Assembly: GCA_963816145.1 (NCBI GenBank)
Contig: CAWFJP010000018.1
Coordinates: 128,001 to 192,000, forward strand
Direction: 5' to 3'
Length of the DNA stretch: 64,000 nucleotides
Origin: an uncultured delta proteobacterium
GTDB lineage: Bacteria > Desulfobacterota > Binatia > UBA9968
The notes beneath the pieces were generated by a model. The model was given only the letters and a program-made list of their open reading frames with translations, did no database searches and was not told the origin of the DNA. The translations under genes were made by a program, and so were the position numbers. This document shows, in pieces, positions 8,971 to 19,044 of the stretch. The first letter of the stretch is position 1. The number at the start of each line of letters is the position of its first letter.

Positions 8971-10212
8971 ATGAGGATCGGGGCCGCACGTATCCGCCCG
9001 CGCATGCTTGGTTACACTCTCGCGTTTATTTTCATCGCCTCGGCAAGTTTGATCACCCAGGGCCTGGCGGCTGACTCAACCAGCACGCCATCCAAGGAAT
9101 CATTCAATTTGATTCTCCCGTTCAAGGATCTCACCGTCGGCCAGGGCCAAGAGGCGACGATGGACGCCGAAGTGGTGAACCGAACCAAAGATCCAGTGGA
9201 AATCAGTTTGCAAATCGAAGGCGTTCCCGCCGGCTGGGATGTCAACTTCAATTCCCGCTATCCGAGCTTCCCGATCCGTTCCGTGATGGTTCAAGGCGGC
9301 GATCAAACCACCAACAAGTCGACCACTCTAGAATTTAAAGCCAAAGTTCCCGAGAACACCCGGCCGGGAAACTATCCTGTGAAGGTCACCGCCAAGGATC
9401 TCAAAGGAACGACCCAGTACGTCGAAACCATTACTTATCGCGTGACCTCGAAGAAAGTCGAGACCGGCGGCCTCAAGCTCACCAGCCAGTATCCGGTCTT
9501 GAGCACCGGCTCGGGTCAAACGTTAAAATTCACGGTCGATCTCAAAAACGAAACCAACAAACCGTTGACCACTTCGCTGGCCGCAAAAGCCCCGCCAGGT
9601 TGGAACCTGCGTTTCAAACCGCAGTTCGGCGATCAACAGATCTCGTCGATCCAGCTAAAAGAAAACGGCTCGGAGACTCTCAGTGTCGAGATCGACACGC
9701 CGGCGAAGGAGGATGCCAAAGAGCAGCCGATTACGGTGACCGCCCGTTCCGGCGCCTATGAAGCTTCGGCAACGATTAAAGTCAGCCTCAAGGGCACCCA
9801 AGATCTCAAGATGGGCTCACTCGGTGGCACCCTCAATACTTCGGTTACTGCCGGTAAGAAATCGCCGGTGGATTTTGTCGTCGGTAATGCCGGCACGGCA
9901 CCGATCCGCAACTTAAGCTTCGTCACCAAGAAGCCCAGCGACAAGTGGACCGTCGAGTTCAAGCCCGATAAGATCGCCGCCATCGAGCCCGGCCAAGTTC
10001 AAGAAATAAAAATGGAAGTGCTCGCGCCGGACCGGACCATCGCCGGCGACTATCTGCTGACACTCACCGCCAATTCGCCGGAGGTCACCAAATCAGTTGA
10101 ATTCCGCGTTACCGTTTCGACGCCGACCATCTGGGGCTGGGTTGGCTTTGGTATCGTCGGCTTAGTCGTGCTAGGCCTAGCCATCGTATTCTTCCGTCTA
10201 GGTCGTAGATGA
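8971..10212 (+). CDS. NEW3/NPCBM-associated Ig-like repeat membrane-anchored protein
   Basis: Signal peptide, three beta-rich repeats (PAGW, PPGW, DKWTVEF), IAGDY motif, C-terminal TM helix ending FRLGRR. Confidence 0.75.
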   Translation: MRIGAARIRPRMLGYTLAFIFIASASLITQGLAADSTSTPSKESFNLILPFKDLTVGQGQEATMDAEVVNRTKDPVEISLQIEGVPAGWDVNFNSRYPSFPIRSVMVQGGDQTTNKSTTLEFKAKVPENTRPGNYPVKVTAKDLKGTTQYVETITYRVTSKKVETGGLKLTSQYPVLSTGSGQTLKFTVDLKNETNKPLTTSLAAKAPPGWNLRFKPQFGDQQISSIQLKENGSETLSVEIDTPAKEDAKEQPITVTARSGAYEASATIKVSLKGTQDLKMGSLGGTLNTSVTAGKKSPVDFVVGNAGTAPIRNLSFVTKKPSDKWTVEFKPDKIAAIEPGQVQEIKMEVLAPDRTIAGDYLLTLTANSPEVTKSVEFRVTVSTPTIWGWVGFGIVGLVVLGLAIVFFRLGRR

Positions 10213-11141
10213 GCACAGTTATCGACACCAAGAATCTGACCAAGCGCTACCGTGAAAAGCTCGCGGTCAACGCGCTGAATCTGACGATTGAAGAAGGAGA
10301 AGTTTTCGGCTTTCTCGGCCCCAACGGCGCCGGCAAGACGACAACCATCCTGATGCTCCTGGGATTGACTGAACCGACGTCCGGAGAAGTCTCGGTGTGC
10401 GGTTTCAATCCGAGCAGCCAATCCCTCGAAGTCAAAAAGCGTGTCGGCTACCTGCCGGAAAGTCCTGGTTTCTACGACGACATCAGCGCGCGGGAAAACC
10501 TCCTGTACATGGCGCGCTTAAACCGGATTCCAGAGGATGAAGCACGCCAACGCACCGCGCAGGTTTTGGACCAGGTCGGGTTGCCGGATGATGGCCGCCG
10601 CCTGGTTCGAGAGTTCTCACGCGGCATGAAACAGCGCTTGGGCATCGCCGAGGTCTTGGTAAAAAAACCGACGGCGATTATTCTCGATGAACCGACCCTG
10701 GGGATCGACCCCGACGGCGCTATCCGAATCCTCGAATTAATCAGAGATCTGAATCGTGATCACGGCTTGACCGTCATGCTCTCGTCGCACCACCTCCAGC
10801 AAGTCCAGCAAATCTGTAGTCGCGTCGGCATCATCGTCAAAGGCAAGCTGATCGTCCAAGGCGCGATGGACGCGCTCGGCCGAGCAGTTTTGAAAGGCCG
10901 GGAATGGAACTTCCTGCTCGAAGCAACCGGCAACACCGACGGCCTGGAACGTGATCTGCAGAGCATCAAGGGCGTCAATGAAACTGAAAAACGCACCCAT
11001 GGATGGTTTCTTCGCTGCACCGAAGACGTTCGGCCCGAAGTGCTATCCGTGGTTTCACGCCGGGGACTGAACTTGTTGCAGCTTCGCTCCGAAGACCCGA
11101 CCCTGGAAGAGATCTACCTGAAATATTTTCGCGAGGCGTAA
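10209..11141 (+). CDS. ABC-2 type ATP-binding protein
   Basis: GPNGAGKTT, FSRGMKQR, ILDEPT. Confidence 0.93.
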   Translation: MSTVIDTKNLTKRYREKLAVNALNLTIEEGEVFGFLGPNGAGKTTTILMLLGLTEPTSGEVSVCGFNPSSQSLEVKKRVGYLPESPGFYDDISARENLLYMARLNRIPEDEARQRTAQVLDQVGLPDDGRRLVREFSRGMKQRLGIAEVLVKKPTAIILDEPTLGIDPDGAIRILELIRDLNRDHGLTVMLSSHHLQQVQQICSRVGIIVKGKLIVQGAMDALGRAVLKGREWNFLLEATGNTDGLERDLQSIKGVNETEKRTHGWFLRCTEDVRPEVLSVVSRRGLNLLQLRSEDPTLEEIYLKYFREA

Positions 11142-11144
11142 AAA

Positions 11145-12068
11145 ATGAGCGTGGTGTTTTGGAAAGAGCTTGCCGACCACTTCAGCAGCCGGCGTTTCAT
11201 GATCCTGCTGATCCTCATCGTCTTTTCCGGGCTTTGGGCAGCGTACGCCACCGGACAAGCGATCCGCGCCAATACCGACACCGTGCCGACTCAGTATGTG
11301 TTTTTGCTCTTGCTCACCTCCAGTGGCGACACGCTTTTTTCTTTGGCGACCTTTTTAGGCTTCTTCGGCCCGCTGGTCGGCATCACCCTCGGCTTCGATT
11401 CGATCAGCGGCGAGTACGCCCGCGGCACTCTTAGCCGGGTCCTTTCGCAACCGATTTACCGTGACAGTCTGATCAACGGTAAGTTCTTTGCAGGCCTCGC
11501 CACGGTTGGCGTATTGTGGGGATCGATCTTGCTCTTAGTCATCGGCTTGGGCATTACGCTGCTCGGCTTCCCACCCAACGCGGAAGAACTCTGGCGCATG
11601 ATTATTTTCACCGCGGTCGGGGTTTTTTACGTCGGCTTTTGGCTGGCTCTGGCCATGCTCTTTTCACTGCTGTTTCAAAAAACCGTCACCGCCGCTCTCG
11701 CCTCGATAGCGGTCTGGCTATTTCTCTCGCTCTTCGTCGCGGTCATCAGCGGGGCCATCGCCAACATGGTCGTCCCCGACGCCACCACTCCAGAAGCGGT
11801 GGCGCGAAAATCGGATGTGGAAAATATCGTTGGCCGGATTTCACCCAGCACTTTGTTTAACGAAAGCGTCGGTATCCTGCTTAATCCAGCCGCGCGAGTC
11901 TTCGGCATGGCGCTGCAAAGCCAAGCCGAAGGCATCCTGCCGACTCCGCTAGCCCTGGATCAAAGCTTAACCTTGATCTGGCCGCATATCACCACGTTGT
12001 TCGCCTTGGTGGCGGTTTGCTTCGGCATTTCGTACATCATCTTCATGCGCGCCGAGATCCGCGCCTAG
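11145..12068 (+). CDS. ABC-2 permease (NosY-like)
   Basis: Multiple TM helices, GFDSISGEYARGTLSRVLSQP. Confidence 0.88.
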   Translation: MSVVFWKELADHFSSRRFMILLILIVFSGLWAAYATGQAIRANTDTVPTQYVFLLLLTSSGDTLFSLATFLGFFGPLVGITLGFDSISGEYARGTLSRVLSQPIYRDSLINGKFFAGLATVGVLWGSILLLVIGLGITLLGFPPNAEELWRMIIFTAVGVFYVGFWLALAMLFSLLFQKTVTAALASIAVWLFLSLFVAVISGAIANMVVPDATTPEAVARKSDVENIVGRISPSTLFNESVGILLNPAARVFGMALQSQAEGILPTPLALDQSLTLIWPHITTLFALVAVCFGISYIIFMRAEIRA

Positions 12069-12231
12069 CAAGGCGTCACTATCCATCGCACGGGGTTTCT
12101 CTTCGGACACATCCAGATAGCGTTTTTCGCGATTGCCATAAATCATTTCACATCGAGATCGTTGATACTTTAACGATTTCTGTCTAGTATACGAAAAATT
12201 TCATTTTCGTGTTCTTCGCACAGGAGGAATC

Positions 12232-13653
12232 ATGGCATATAAAGATCTGCGCGAGTATGTCTCGACGCTTGAGAAGCATGGCAAATTGAAACGAATCAGC
12301 AAAGAAGTCGACAAGGATTGGGAGATCGCCGCCGTCTGCCGCCAGCTGTTCAAAAAAATTCCGCCGAACAAACGCCCCGCGCTGGTCTTTGAAAACGTCA
12401 AGGGCTTCGATATGCCGGTGGTCGCCGGCGTGCTTGGCGCGTCGCGCGAAATTTATGCTTTGGGTCTGCAGACCGAAACCGTCGAGGGTATCAACCGCAA
12501 GTGGGACCACGCCCTTGAACACCCCATCGCGCCGCGTATGGTCAAGACCGCGCCCTGCAAGGAAAACATTCTGCACGACAAAGATGTCGACATTACCAAA
12601 TTACCCGTGCCGACCTGGACGGTGGGTGAAGATCCGGCGCCCTTTTTCACATCCCCCTACTTGATCACCAAAGACCCCGAAACCGGCGTGCGCAACATCG
12701 GTACCTATCGCATGCAGGTCAAAGGCCCCAACAAAACCGGACTATTGATCGGCGTGCGCCAAGATGCGGCGCTGCATATCCGCAAAAACAACGCCCAGAA
12801 CAAACCGACTCCGATGGCCGTGGTAATCGGCGCTGACCCATCGATCGGTTACGTGTCGGTTTCGAAGATGTCCGAGGTGCTCGATGAGTTCGCGGTTGCC
12901 GGCGCCCTGCGCGGCGAGCCGGTCGATCTGGTGCCCTGTGAAACCGTGCCTTTGGAGGTTCCCGCGAGCGCAGAGATCGTCCTAGAAGGCGAAATTCCAG
13001 CCAATGCGGTGGAACCCGAAGGCCCGTTCGGCGAATACACCGGCTACATGGGCCCGGCAGGCAACGAGCCGTTCTTCAACATCAAGTGCATGACATTTCG
13101 CAACAAGCCGCTTTATCAAGCGTTCATCAGTCAGATGCCGCCGTCGGAGTCGAGCTGCATCCGCGGCATCGGCCGCGAGTGGCCGCTGTTCAAGCACTTG
13201 CGGGACACACTGCATATTCCGATCAAAGACTTGCGCTTGAAGGAAGCCGGCGGCAGTGGCGCCTATCTGGTCATCTCCCTCAAGAAACAGTTCATTGGTC
13301 AGGTTCGCCAGCTCATGTATGGCGCCTGGTCGCTGCGCACGGGTTTTGGCAAAATCACCGTTGTCGTCGACGACGATATCGATGTCTGGGACGACTTCGC
13401 GGTTGATTGGGCAATGAGCTGGCGGGTTAGGCCCGACAAGGACATTTACATCGAACGCGATGTCCAGGCGGTCGGCCTCGATCCGTCACAAGCCCCAGCC
13501 GGGGTAATACAGCATGATCCAAGCCGCAACATCGGCACCCGCGTCGGCATCGACGCGACGCGCAAACACGCCTACCCTGCGGTATCGCTACCGCCGAAGG
13601 AGCACCTGGATTTGGTTGCGAGCCGGTGGAAGGACTACGGGATCGAAGACTAA
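12232..13653 (+). CDS. UbiD-family (prFMN-dependent) decarboxylase
   Basis: NIGTYRMQ, EGPFGEYTGY, VVVDDDID, GIDAT. Confidence 0.93.
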   Translation: MAYKDLREYVSTLEKHGKLKRISKEVDKDWEIAAVCRQLFKKIPPNKRPALVFENVKGFDMPVVAGVLGASREIYALGLQTETVEGINRKWDHALEHPIAPRMVKTAPCKENILHDKDVDITKLPVPTWTVGEDPAPFFTSPYLITKDPETGVRNIGTYRMQVKGPNKTGLLIGVRQDAALHIRKNNAQNKPTPMAVVIGADPSIGYVSVSKMSEVLDEFAVAGALRGEPVDLVPCETVPLEVPASAEIVLEGEIPANAVEPEGPFGEYTGYMGPAGNEPFFNIKCMTFRNKPLYQAFISQMPPSESSCIRGIGREWPLFKHLRDTLHIPIKDLRLKEAGGSGAYLVISLKKQFIGQVRQLMYGAWSLRTGFGKITVVVDDDIDVWDDFAVDWAMSWRVRPDKDIYIERDVQAVGLDPSQAPAGVIQHDPSRNIGTRVGIDATRKHAYPAVSLPPKEHLDLVASRWKDYGIED

Positions 13654-13665
13654 AAGGTGCCAACT

Positions 13666-13769
13666 GTTCAAGGCGTTCAAAAAGTTCAAACCGTGGGTGT
13701 GAGTTGACTCTGGACTGACATCCGGAAAAACGGCTTGAACGATTTGAACGTTTGGAACAGCTTGAACGT
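13666..13769. repeat. Palindrome with GTTCAA tandem left arm and TTGAAC tandem right arm
   Basis: gttcaaggcgttcaaaaagttcaaac...cttgaacgatttgaacgtttggaacagcttgaac between convergent genes. Confidence 0.85.
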
Positions 13770-14282
13770 TTAAGCGCGGCTTCCGCGCATCTTCTTGGCC
13801 GCGGCCATAATCGATTCGATGATCTTCTTATAGCCGGTGCAGCGGCAGAGATTGCCGTGCATGAAGTGTTTCAGCTCGGCTTCGGTCGGGTTGGGGTTTT
13901 CATCCAGTAGCGCCTTTGAGGCCAACAGCATACCCGGCGTGCAAAAGCCGCACTGAAAACCGCCATGCTCGATGAAGGCTTCTTGGAGCGGATGAAGCTT
14001 ACCATCGTCTGCCATTCCTTCGATCGTCATCACTGAACGGCCGCGCACTTCGAAAGCGAGCGTCGTGCAAGCGCTCACCGGCCGGCCGTCGACCAATAAG
14101 GTACAGGCGCCGCACACCTGCACGTCGCAGGAACGTTTGGCGCCGGTCAGTCCCAAACGATCGCGCACGACATCGAGCAGTAACTCGTTGGGTTCGACAT
14201 CGATTTCCTGCAATCTGCCATTGAGGGTGAAGGACACTGGAATGGTTTGCACATCGGCATGCCGGGTCATGGGCTTGGACAT
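13770..14282 (-). CDS. Molybdenum hydroxylase small (2Fe-2S) subunit, CoxS-like
   Basis: CDVQVCGACT, QCGFCTPG, NLCRCTGY. Confidence 0.93.
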   Translation of the reverse strand: MSKPMTRHADVQTIPVSFTLNGRLQEIDVEPNELLLDVVRDRLGLTGAKRSCDVQVCGACTLLVDGRPVSACTTLAFEVRGRSVMTIEGMADDGKLHPLQEAFIEHGGFQCGFCTPGMLLASKALLDENPNPTEAELKHFMHGNLCRCTGYKKIIESIMAAAKKMRGSRA

Positions 14283-14319
14283 GAATAGTTCTCCTCGATG
14301 GTCGACTACCTGGCGCTAA

Positions 14320-15171
14320 TCAGCTGACGATGCTGTTAAATGCGCGCTTCAATAACACGCCGACGATATGTTCTTTATAATCTTGCGCACCGTGCAAATC
14401 ACTGATCGCCTCAGATGCACGGCCGGCTATGGCTCCCGCCTGTGGCAATAAACGCACCGCCTCATCCTTGCTCTTGCCGTTCAGTAAAGCTTCAGCTTCG
14501 GCAACGCGCCTGGGTGCCGGACCGGCGCAGCCGACAGCGATCTTGACGTTGTTCACGGTTTCGCCGTCAAGCGTTAAGGCGACAGCGACACCGACACTCG
14601 GCCGTTCCAAATAGCCGAATTTGAGATACGCGCTGCGACTATTGGCGCCGGGTGTCGGCACGCGGATTCCGGTGAGAAGCTCATCTGCTGCCAGCGACGT
14701 CTCATAGGCATCGACGAAAAAATCCTCGGCGGCGATCTCACGCTTGCCGGAGATCTTCTCAGCAACCAATTTCGCGCCGAGCGCCATCAACAAGGTTCCC
14801 GGATCGGCGTGGGGTTCGGCGAAGCAAAGATTGCCGCCGATGGATCCGGCTTGCCGAACCCGCACATTGGCGACGTTTTGCTCCAGCTTGACCAGGGACG
14901 GCAGCTTCTGTTGCAACAGCGACGAGTTTTCCAATTGGTGATGGGTGCATAAAGCGCCGATCTTGATCGTGCCATTCTCGCCGGAAACTTCGCTGAGACC
15001 CTTGAGTTTCTTGACGTTGATCAGACGCTCGTATTGAACTAGCCCTTCCTTCATCGCCAACAAGAGCTCGGTCCCGCCGGCGTAGATCTTCGCGCTATCG
15101 CCGAAGCGGCCAAGCAGTTCGGAGACTTCGGCGGCACTTTCGGGTTCTTCCAATCGAAACCTCTTGAGCAT
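14320..15171 (-). CDS. Molybdenum hydroxylase FAD subunit, CoxM-like
   Basis: AGGTEL, VRQAGSIGGNLC, HADP. Confidence 0.92.
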   Translation of the reverse strand: MLKRFRLEEPESAAEVSELLGRFGDSAKIYAGGTELLLAMKEGLVQYERLINVKKLKGLSEVSGENGTIKIGALCTHHQLENSSLLQQKLPSLVKLEQNVANVRVRQAGSIGGNLCFAEPHADPGTLLMALGAKLVAEKISGKREIAAEDFFVDAYETSLAADELLTGIRVPTPGANSRSAYLKFGYLERPSVGVAVALTLDGETVNNVKIAVGCAGPAPRRVAEAEALLNGKSKDEAVRLLPQAGAIAGRASEAISDLHGAQDYKEHIVGVLLKRAFNSIVS

Positions 15172-15172
15172 G

Positions 15173-15625
15173 TCACTGGTCTCCCTCTAAGGTCGTTTTC
15201 ACCGCCTGGGCGAACTCATCGAGCACTTGATCGGCCTTGCGTTTGATAATCCCATGGCCGAGCGCGGCGAGCTTGCCCAAGATATCGACACCGGCGACGA
15301 AACTCACCACGGTCTTGTTATCCTGCTCGCGCAAATTGACATCGAGAGCGATTTTCATGCGGCTACCGATCTTGTTGTCGGCGCCGGAGGCTTGGGCTTT
15401 GATATGGCTGAGTTCTTCGCGCTCCAAGACGTCGATCGTCGTCGGAAACTCGACTTTGAAAGGACCGACCTTCTCCACCATGGTCGCCGTGTACCGTTTG
15501 CCGTCTTCGACGGTTTTCGCGTCTTTGCACCCCGGCACGCAGGCGATAAAGCGGTCGATATCCCAGATAAACTTCCAAACTTTTTCGCGCGGCGCGAGAA
15601 TTTCTACTTGTTTTTCAAATTGCAA
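15173..15625 (-). CDS. CoxG/SRPBCC-family protein
   Basis: ACVPGC, KVGPFK, GKLAALG; TTG start with GGAGG RBS. Confidence 0.85.
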   Translation of the reverse strand: MQFEKQVEILAPREKVWKFIWDIDRFIACVPGCKDAKTVEDGKRYTATMVEKVGPFKVEFPTTIDVLEREELSHIKAQASGADNKIGSRMKIALDVNLREQDNKTVVSFVAGVDILGKLAALGHGIIKRKADQVLDEFAQAVKTTLEGDQ

Positions 15626-15742
15626 ATACGTTCCTCCGAGATTCGATCTATTTTTGCTATCAAATGGCGCCGATTCGCGCAAGCGAACAGAGTTAATATT
15701 GCTCCTGGAAATGATTGAGGCGGCGTTCGGCGCAAGCGGCGA

Positions 15743-16699
15743 TCAACCGGCGCCGGTGATATCGGTGGCGTCTTTGAATTCCTTGCTGAGATAGGTCTTC
15801 AATTTTTTCTTGACGCGCTCTTCGATCTGGCGCACACGTTCGCGGCTGATGCCGTATTTATCACCGATTTCACGCAGTGTCAGCGGGTCTTCGTTGAGCA
15901 AGCGTTCGCGGTAAATCACCAACTCCTTGTCCTTCAAGCCATTGGCGAACTGCTCCATCTTTTCCCGCAGCATCTGCTGGTACTGAGTCTCGGCGTATTC
16001 TTCTTCCGGATTCTGCTTATGATCGGGCAAGAAATGCAGCAGCGTCGCCTCGTCATCGTCGCCAATGGGCACGTCCACCGAGAGATCTCGGCTGGATAAA
16101 CGCTGCTCCATCTCGATGACTTCGTCTTCCTTGACGTTCAAGCGCTGAGCCAGGAGTTTCGGCCCCACCGTGAGCCCCTCGGCCTCGATACGCTCTTTTT
16201 CTTTTTGCAGATTGAAAAACAGTTTGCGCTGGGCTTGCGTGGTGCCGATCTTGACCATACGCCAATCGTTCATGATATAGCGAATCATGTAGGCGCGAAT
16301 CCACCAAACCGCATAGGATGGGAAGCGTACGCCGCGATAGGGATCGAAATTCTTCACCGCTTCCATGAGCCCCATGTTTCCTTCCTGTACCAGGTCGAGC
16401 AAAGTTTTGAAGGACTTTTGGTACTCACGGGCGATCATCACCACCAAGCGCAGATTGGCAGTGACGAGCTTGTAGGCCGCTTCGAGATTGCCAAACTCTT
16501 TGTATTCAACCGCAAGCTTATGCTCTTCCTCGCGACTGAGAACGGCAAAGCGGCGAATCTCGCCGAGATACCGTTGCAGAGGATCGTACGGCACCAGCGC
16601 CTTCTGGCTGCTGTGCGGCTCCTCCTCATCGACGATTTTGGGCAGATCGAATTCGGCGAAGGAACTATCGTTTTGCGGCGTTTTATCTTCTTCGGCCAT
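15743..16699 (-). CDS. rpoH: RNA polymerase sigma-32 (RpoH-like) factor
   Basis: DLVQEGNMGLM, VKIGTTQAQRKLFFNL (RpoH box), TLREIG..SRERVRQIE. Confidence 0.88.
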   Translation of the reverse strand: MAEEDKTPQNDSSFAEFDLPKIVDEEEPHSSQKALVPYDPLQRYLGEIRRFAVLSREEEHKLAVEYKEFGNLEAAYKLVTANLRLVVMIAREYQKSFKTLLDLVQEGNMGLMEAVKNFDPYRGVRFPSYAVWWIRAYMIRYIMNDWRMVKIGTTQAQRKLFFNLQKEKERIEAEGLTVGPKLLAQRLNVKEDEVIEMEQRLSSRDLSVDVPIGDDDEATLLHFLPDHKQNPEEEYAETQYQQMLREKMEQFANGLKDKELVIYRERLLNEDPLTLREIGDKYGISRERVRQIEERVKKKLKTYLSKEFKDATDITGAG

Positions 16700-16817
16700 G
16701 AGCGGCGTCAAACCCTCACCGCCAAAGACCTCGGTCAAATGGCCTGCGCGAGGGTGTCAATTTGATCTATGCAGCTGGATCTTAAGGCTAGAATCTGGGC
16801 GGCGATGGGTTTCAAGA

Positions 16818-17012
16818 CTAGGAATCTGTCCGTATCTTACGGACTTTGCCGGCGGCGATCTCACGCAGCGCAACTACCACTTCGCGATTATCGGAATCGA
16901 TCAGCGGCTTGGCGCCTTTGAACAGATGACGCGCCCGCTTCGACGCCAACACCACCAACTCAAAGCGATTCGTCACCTTCTCCAAACAGTCTTCGACGGT
17001 AATGCGTGACAT
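16818..17012 (-). CDS. rpoZ: RNA polymerase omega subunit
   Basis: [32 protein letters not shown]. Confidence 0.96.
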   Translation of the reverse strand: MSRITVEDCLEKVTNRFELVVLASKRARHLFKGAKPLIDSDNREVVVALREIAAGKVRKIRTDS

Positions 17013-17187
17013 GTCAGTCTCCTAATCAAAAGTGAGGAGATTGAACCAGATTTTCTCGCGAATATCAATGAAGTGGCGCGGTTATGCGCCTTCAGCGGTA
17101 CACGGTGACAAAGCTTCGGGGTCCGCACAACGGCCGGTATGCCGTTGAATCGACCGGGACGGGAAGTGTCAATCCTGAATGGCTATT

Positions 17188-17397
17188 TTAGTGTTCGGTC
17201 TGCGCGTAGCACTTGCTCTTGGCGAAGGCCATGTCGAGTGCCATGCCGGTCACCACGGCCTGCCAGGCTTCATCCTCGGAAAGACCGCGTCCTTTGATCG
17301 AGCGCCAAAGAAAGATGATTTCTTCCTCGGTAACCGTTTCAAAAAGATCCGGATCGCGCTCGTGGTTCAGTAAGGATATCTCGTTGGTACGCAACAT
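17188..17397 (-). CDS. Hypothetical small protein
   Basis: 69-aa ORF MLRTNEISLL... with plausible upstream purine-rich RBS. Confidence 0.45.
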   Translation of the reverse strand: MLRTNEISLLNHERDPDLFETVTEEEIIFLWRSIKGRGLSEDEAWQAVVTGMALDMAFAKSKCYAQTEH

Positions 17398-17591
17398 GTG
17401 AATCTTGGAGCCACCTTTGGAAAAGAATGGCTGGTAATTCAGCAATTCGCGGGCCAATCAACTAACTAGCTGAAACTGCGATAATTCGCATCGCATCAGC
17501 GATTGGAGACCCGGGAGTAATGAGCGAATTTTGTCTAACCTCGGGCAAAATATGCAAAACCGCGCAGGGGAAACCCTTCGGCTGGTACGCT

Positions 17592-17993
17592 TCAATCGAT
17601 CACGGCAACCGCGGAAATCTCCAGCATACAATCGGGGTTGTACAAGCGCTTGACCTCCACCAGGGTGATGGCCGGAAAATGTTTACCGAACACCGCGCGA
17701 TAGGCGTTGCCGAGGGGCTTTTTATTGTTCCAGTAGGCTTCCAGCTCGGTCACGTAAATGGTCAGCACGGCATACTGATTGGGTTTGCCGCCGACAGCTT
17801 CGATCGCCGTCTTGAGATTGCTCATCACTTGGGTGAACTGAGCAACGAAATCACCCGTGCCGACGACCTGACCATTGACATCGAAGGGTGCCTGTCCGGC
17901 GATATGGACCACCGTGCCGCCGCTAATCTTGGCGACATGGGCGTATCCGACTGGGGGTTCCAATCCGGCGGGGTTAAAAAGCTCGAACGGCAT
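17592..17993 (-). CDS. RidA/YjgF family protein
   Basis: GYAH, IAGQ, FPAITLVEVKRL, LEISAVA. Confidence 0.88.
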   Translation of the reverse strand: MPFELFNPAGLEPPVGYAHVAKISGGTVVHIAGQAPFDVNGQVVGTGDFVAQFTQVMSNLKTAIEAVGGKPNQYAVLTIYVTELEAYWNNKKPLGNAYRAVFGKHFPAITLVEVKRLYNPDCMLEISAVAVID

Positions 17994-18006
17994 GAGTCAC
18001 TCCTAG

Positions 18007-19023
18007 CTAGTCAAGAGAATTTGTCACGGCGGGGCTCCAGTAGTCGATAAAATTTTCCATCTCACCGACCACGTCGTCTGAGGCCGCGACGTAGGGTAAG
18101 ATCACTCGGGTAGCGCCGGCTTCAACATACGGCTTGATCTGCTCGACAACCTGCGGCGCCGAGGTCGCCGCGACCAGCGGCAAGCTGGCGAACATTCGAT
18201 CGGAAACCAGCTTGCGCGCCGCATGAAATCCGCCGGACTTCCAAGCCGCACGCATCGCCTCAACCTCGCCGGCAAATCCCATCCTGCCGAGCAGATCGCG
18301 ATAATAATCGGCGAGCGCGTAGTAAGTCAGCGCATGGCTCAGCGCTTCGCGGGCGGTGTCATACTTGGGCGCAATCGAGCAGCGAATCTTGCAGATGATT
18401 TCCATCTTCGCCGGATCCTTGCCGGCTTCGATGGCACCGGCCCTCACCTCATCGGCGATGCGGCGAATCTCAGTGGGATTAGCCATGTTGATCAGCACTC
18501 CGTCGGTGAGGCGCCCGGCAAGCCGGGTCATCTGCGAACCGAACGCCGCCAGGTAGATCGGAATATTTCGGCCCGAGGGCTTGAACGCCATCTTGAAATT
18601 CTGCGCTGTGAAATACTTGCCTTCGAAGCTCAGTTTGTCGCCGCGCATCGCCGCCCGTACAATGTCGATATATTCGCGCACCCGCCCGAGCGGATGATCG
18701 AAGGTCTGGCCATGCCACCTAGCAATGGTCGGATTGGACGAGCCGATCCCCAAAAGAAAACGGCCGCCGGTCAATTCGTCGAGTCCCATCGCCTGCAACG
18801 CCAAGGTCGCCGGCGTGCGGCCGAGAATATGATAGATCGCCGAGCCGACTTTCAATTGGCGGGTCACCGCGGCGATCGCCGATAGCATCACCGTAGGATC
18901 CTTGTTGTTCGCCTCGCCGCCCCAGGCACAGTCGAAGCCATGGGCTTCGGCTTGGCGCGCCAGCTCAGGAATCGCATCCATCGGCAGCTGGGCGCCGGAG
19001 TTGAATTCGATATCGATTTTCAT
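18007..19023 (-). CDS. LLM-class flavin/F420-dependent oxidoreductase
   Basis: AEAHGFD, GGRFLLGIG, IPIYLAAFG, LAGRLTDG. Confidence 0.88.
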   Translation of the reverse strand: MKIDIEFNSGAQLPMDAIPELARQAEAHGFDCAWGGEANNKDPTVMLSAIAAVTRQLKVGSAIYHILGRTPATLALQAMGLDELTGGRFLLGIGSSNPTIARWHGQTFDHPLGRVREYIDIVRAAMRGDKLSFEGKYFTAQNFKMAFKPSGRNIPIYLAAFGSQMTRLAGRLTDGVLINMANPTEIRRIADEVRAGAIEAGKDPAKMEIICKIRCSIAPKYDTAREALSHALTYYALADYYRDLLGRMGFAGEVEAMRAAWKSGGFHAARKLVSDRMFASLPLVAATSAPQVVEQIKPYVEAGATRVILPYVAASDDVVGEMENFIDYWSPAVTNSLD

Positions 19024-19044
19024 GGTCAGAAATAAGCCTGCAGG

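Noticed and set aside
13770-15625. Aerobic CO dehydrogenase
   Set aside because: There is no CoxL subunit, so the diagnostic active-site motif cannot be seen; only a generic molybdenum hydroxylase call is supportable.
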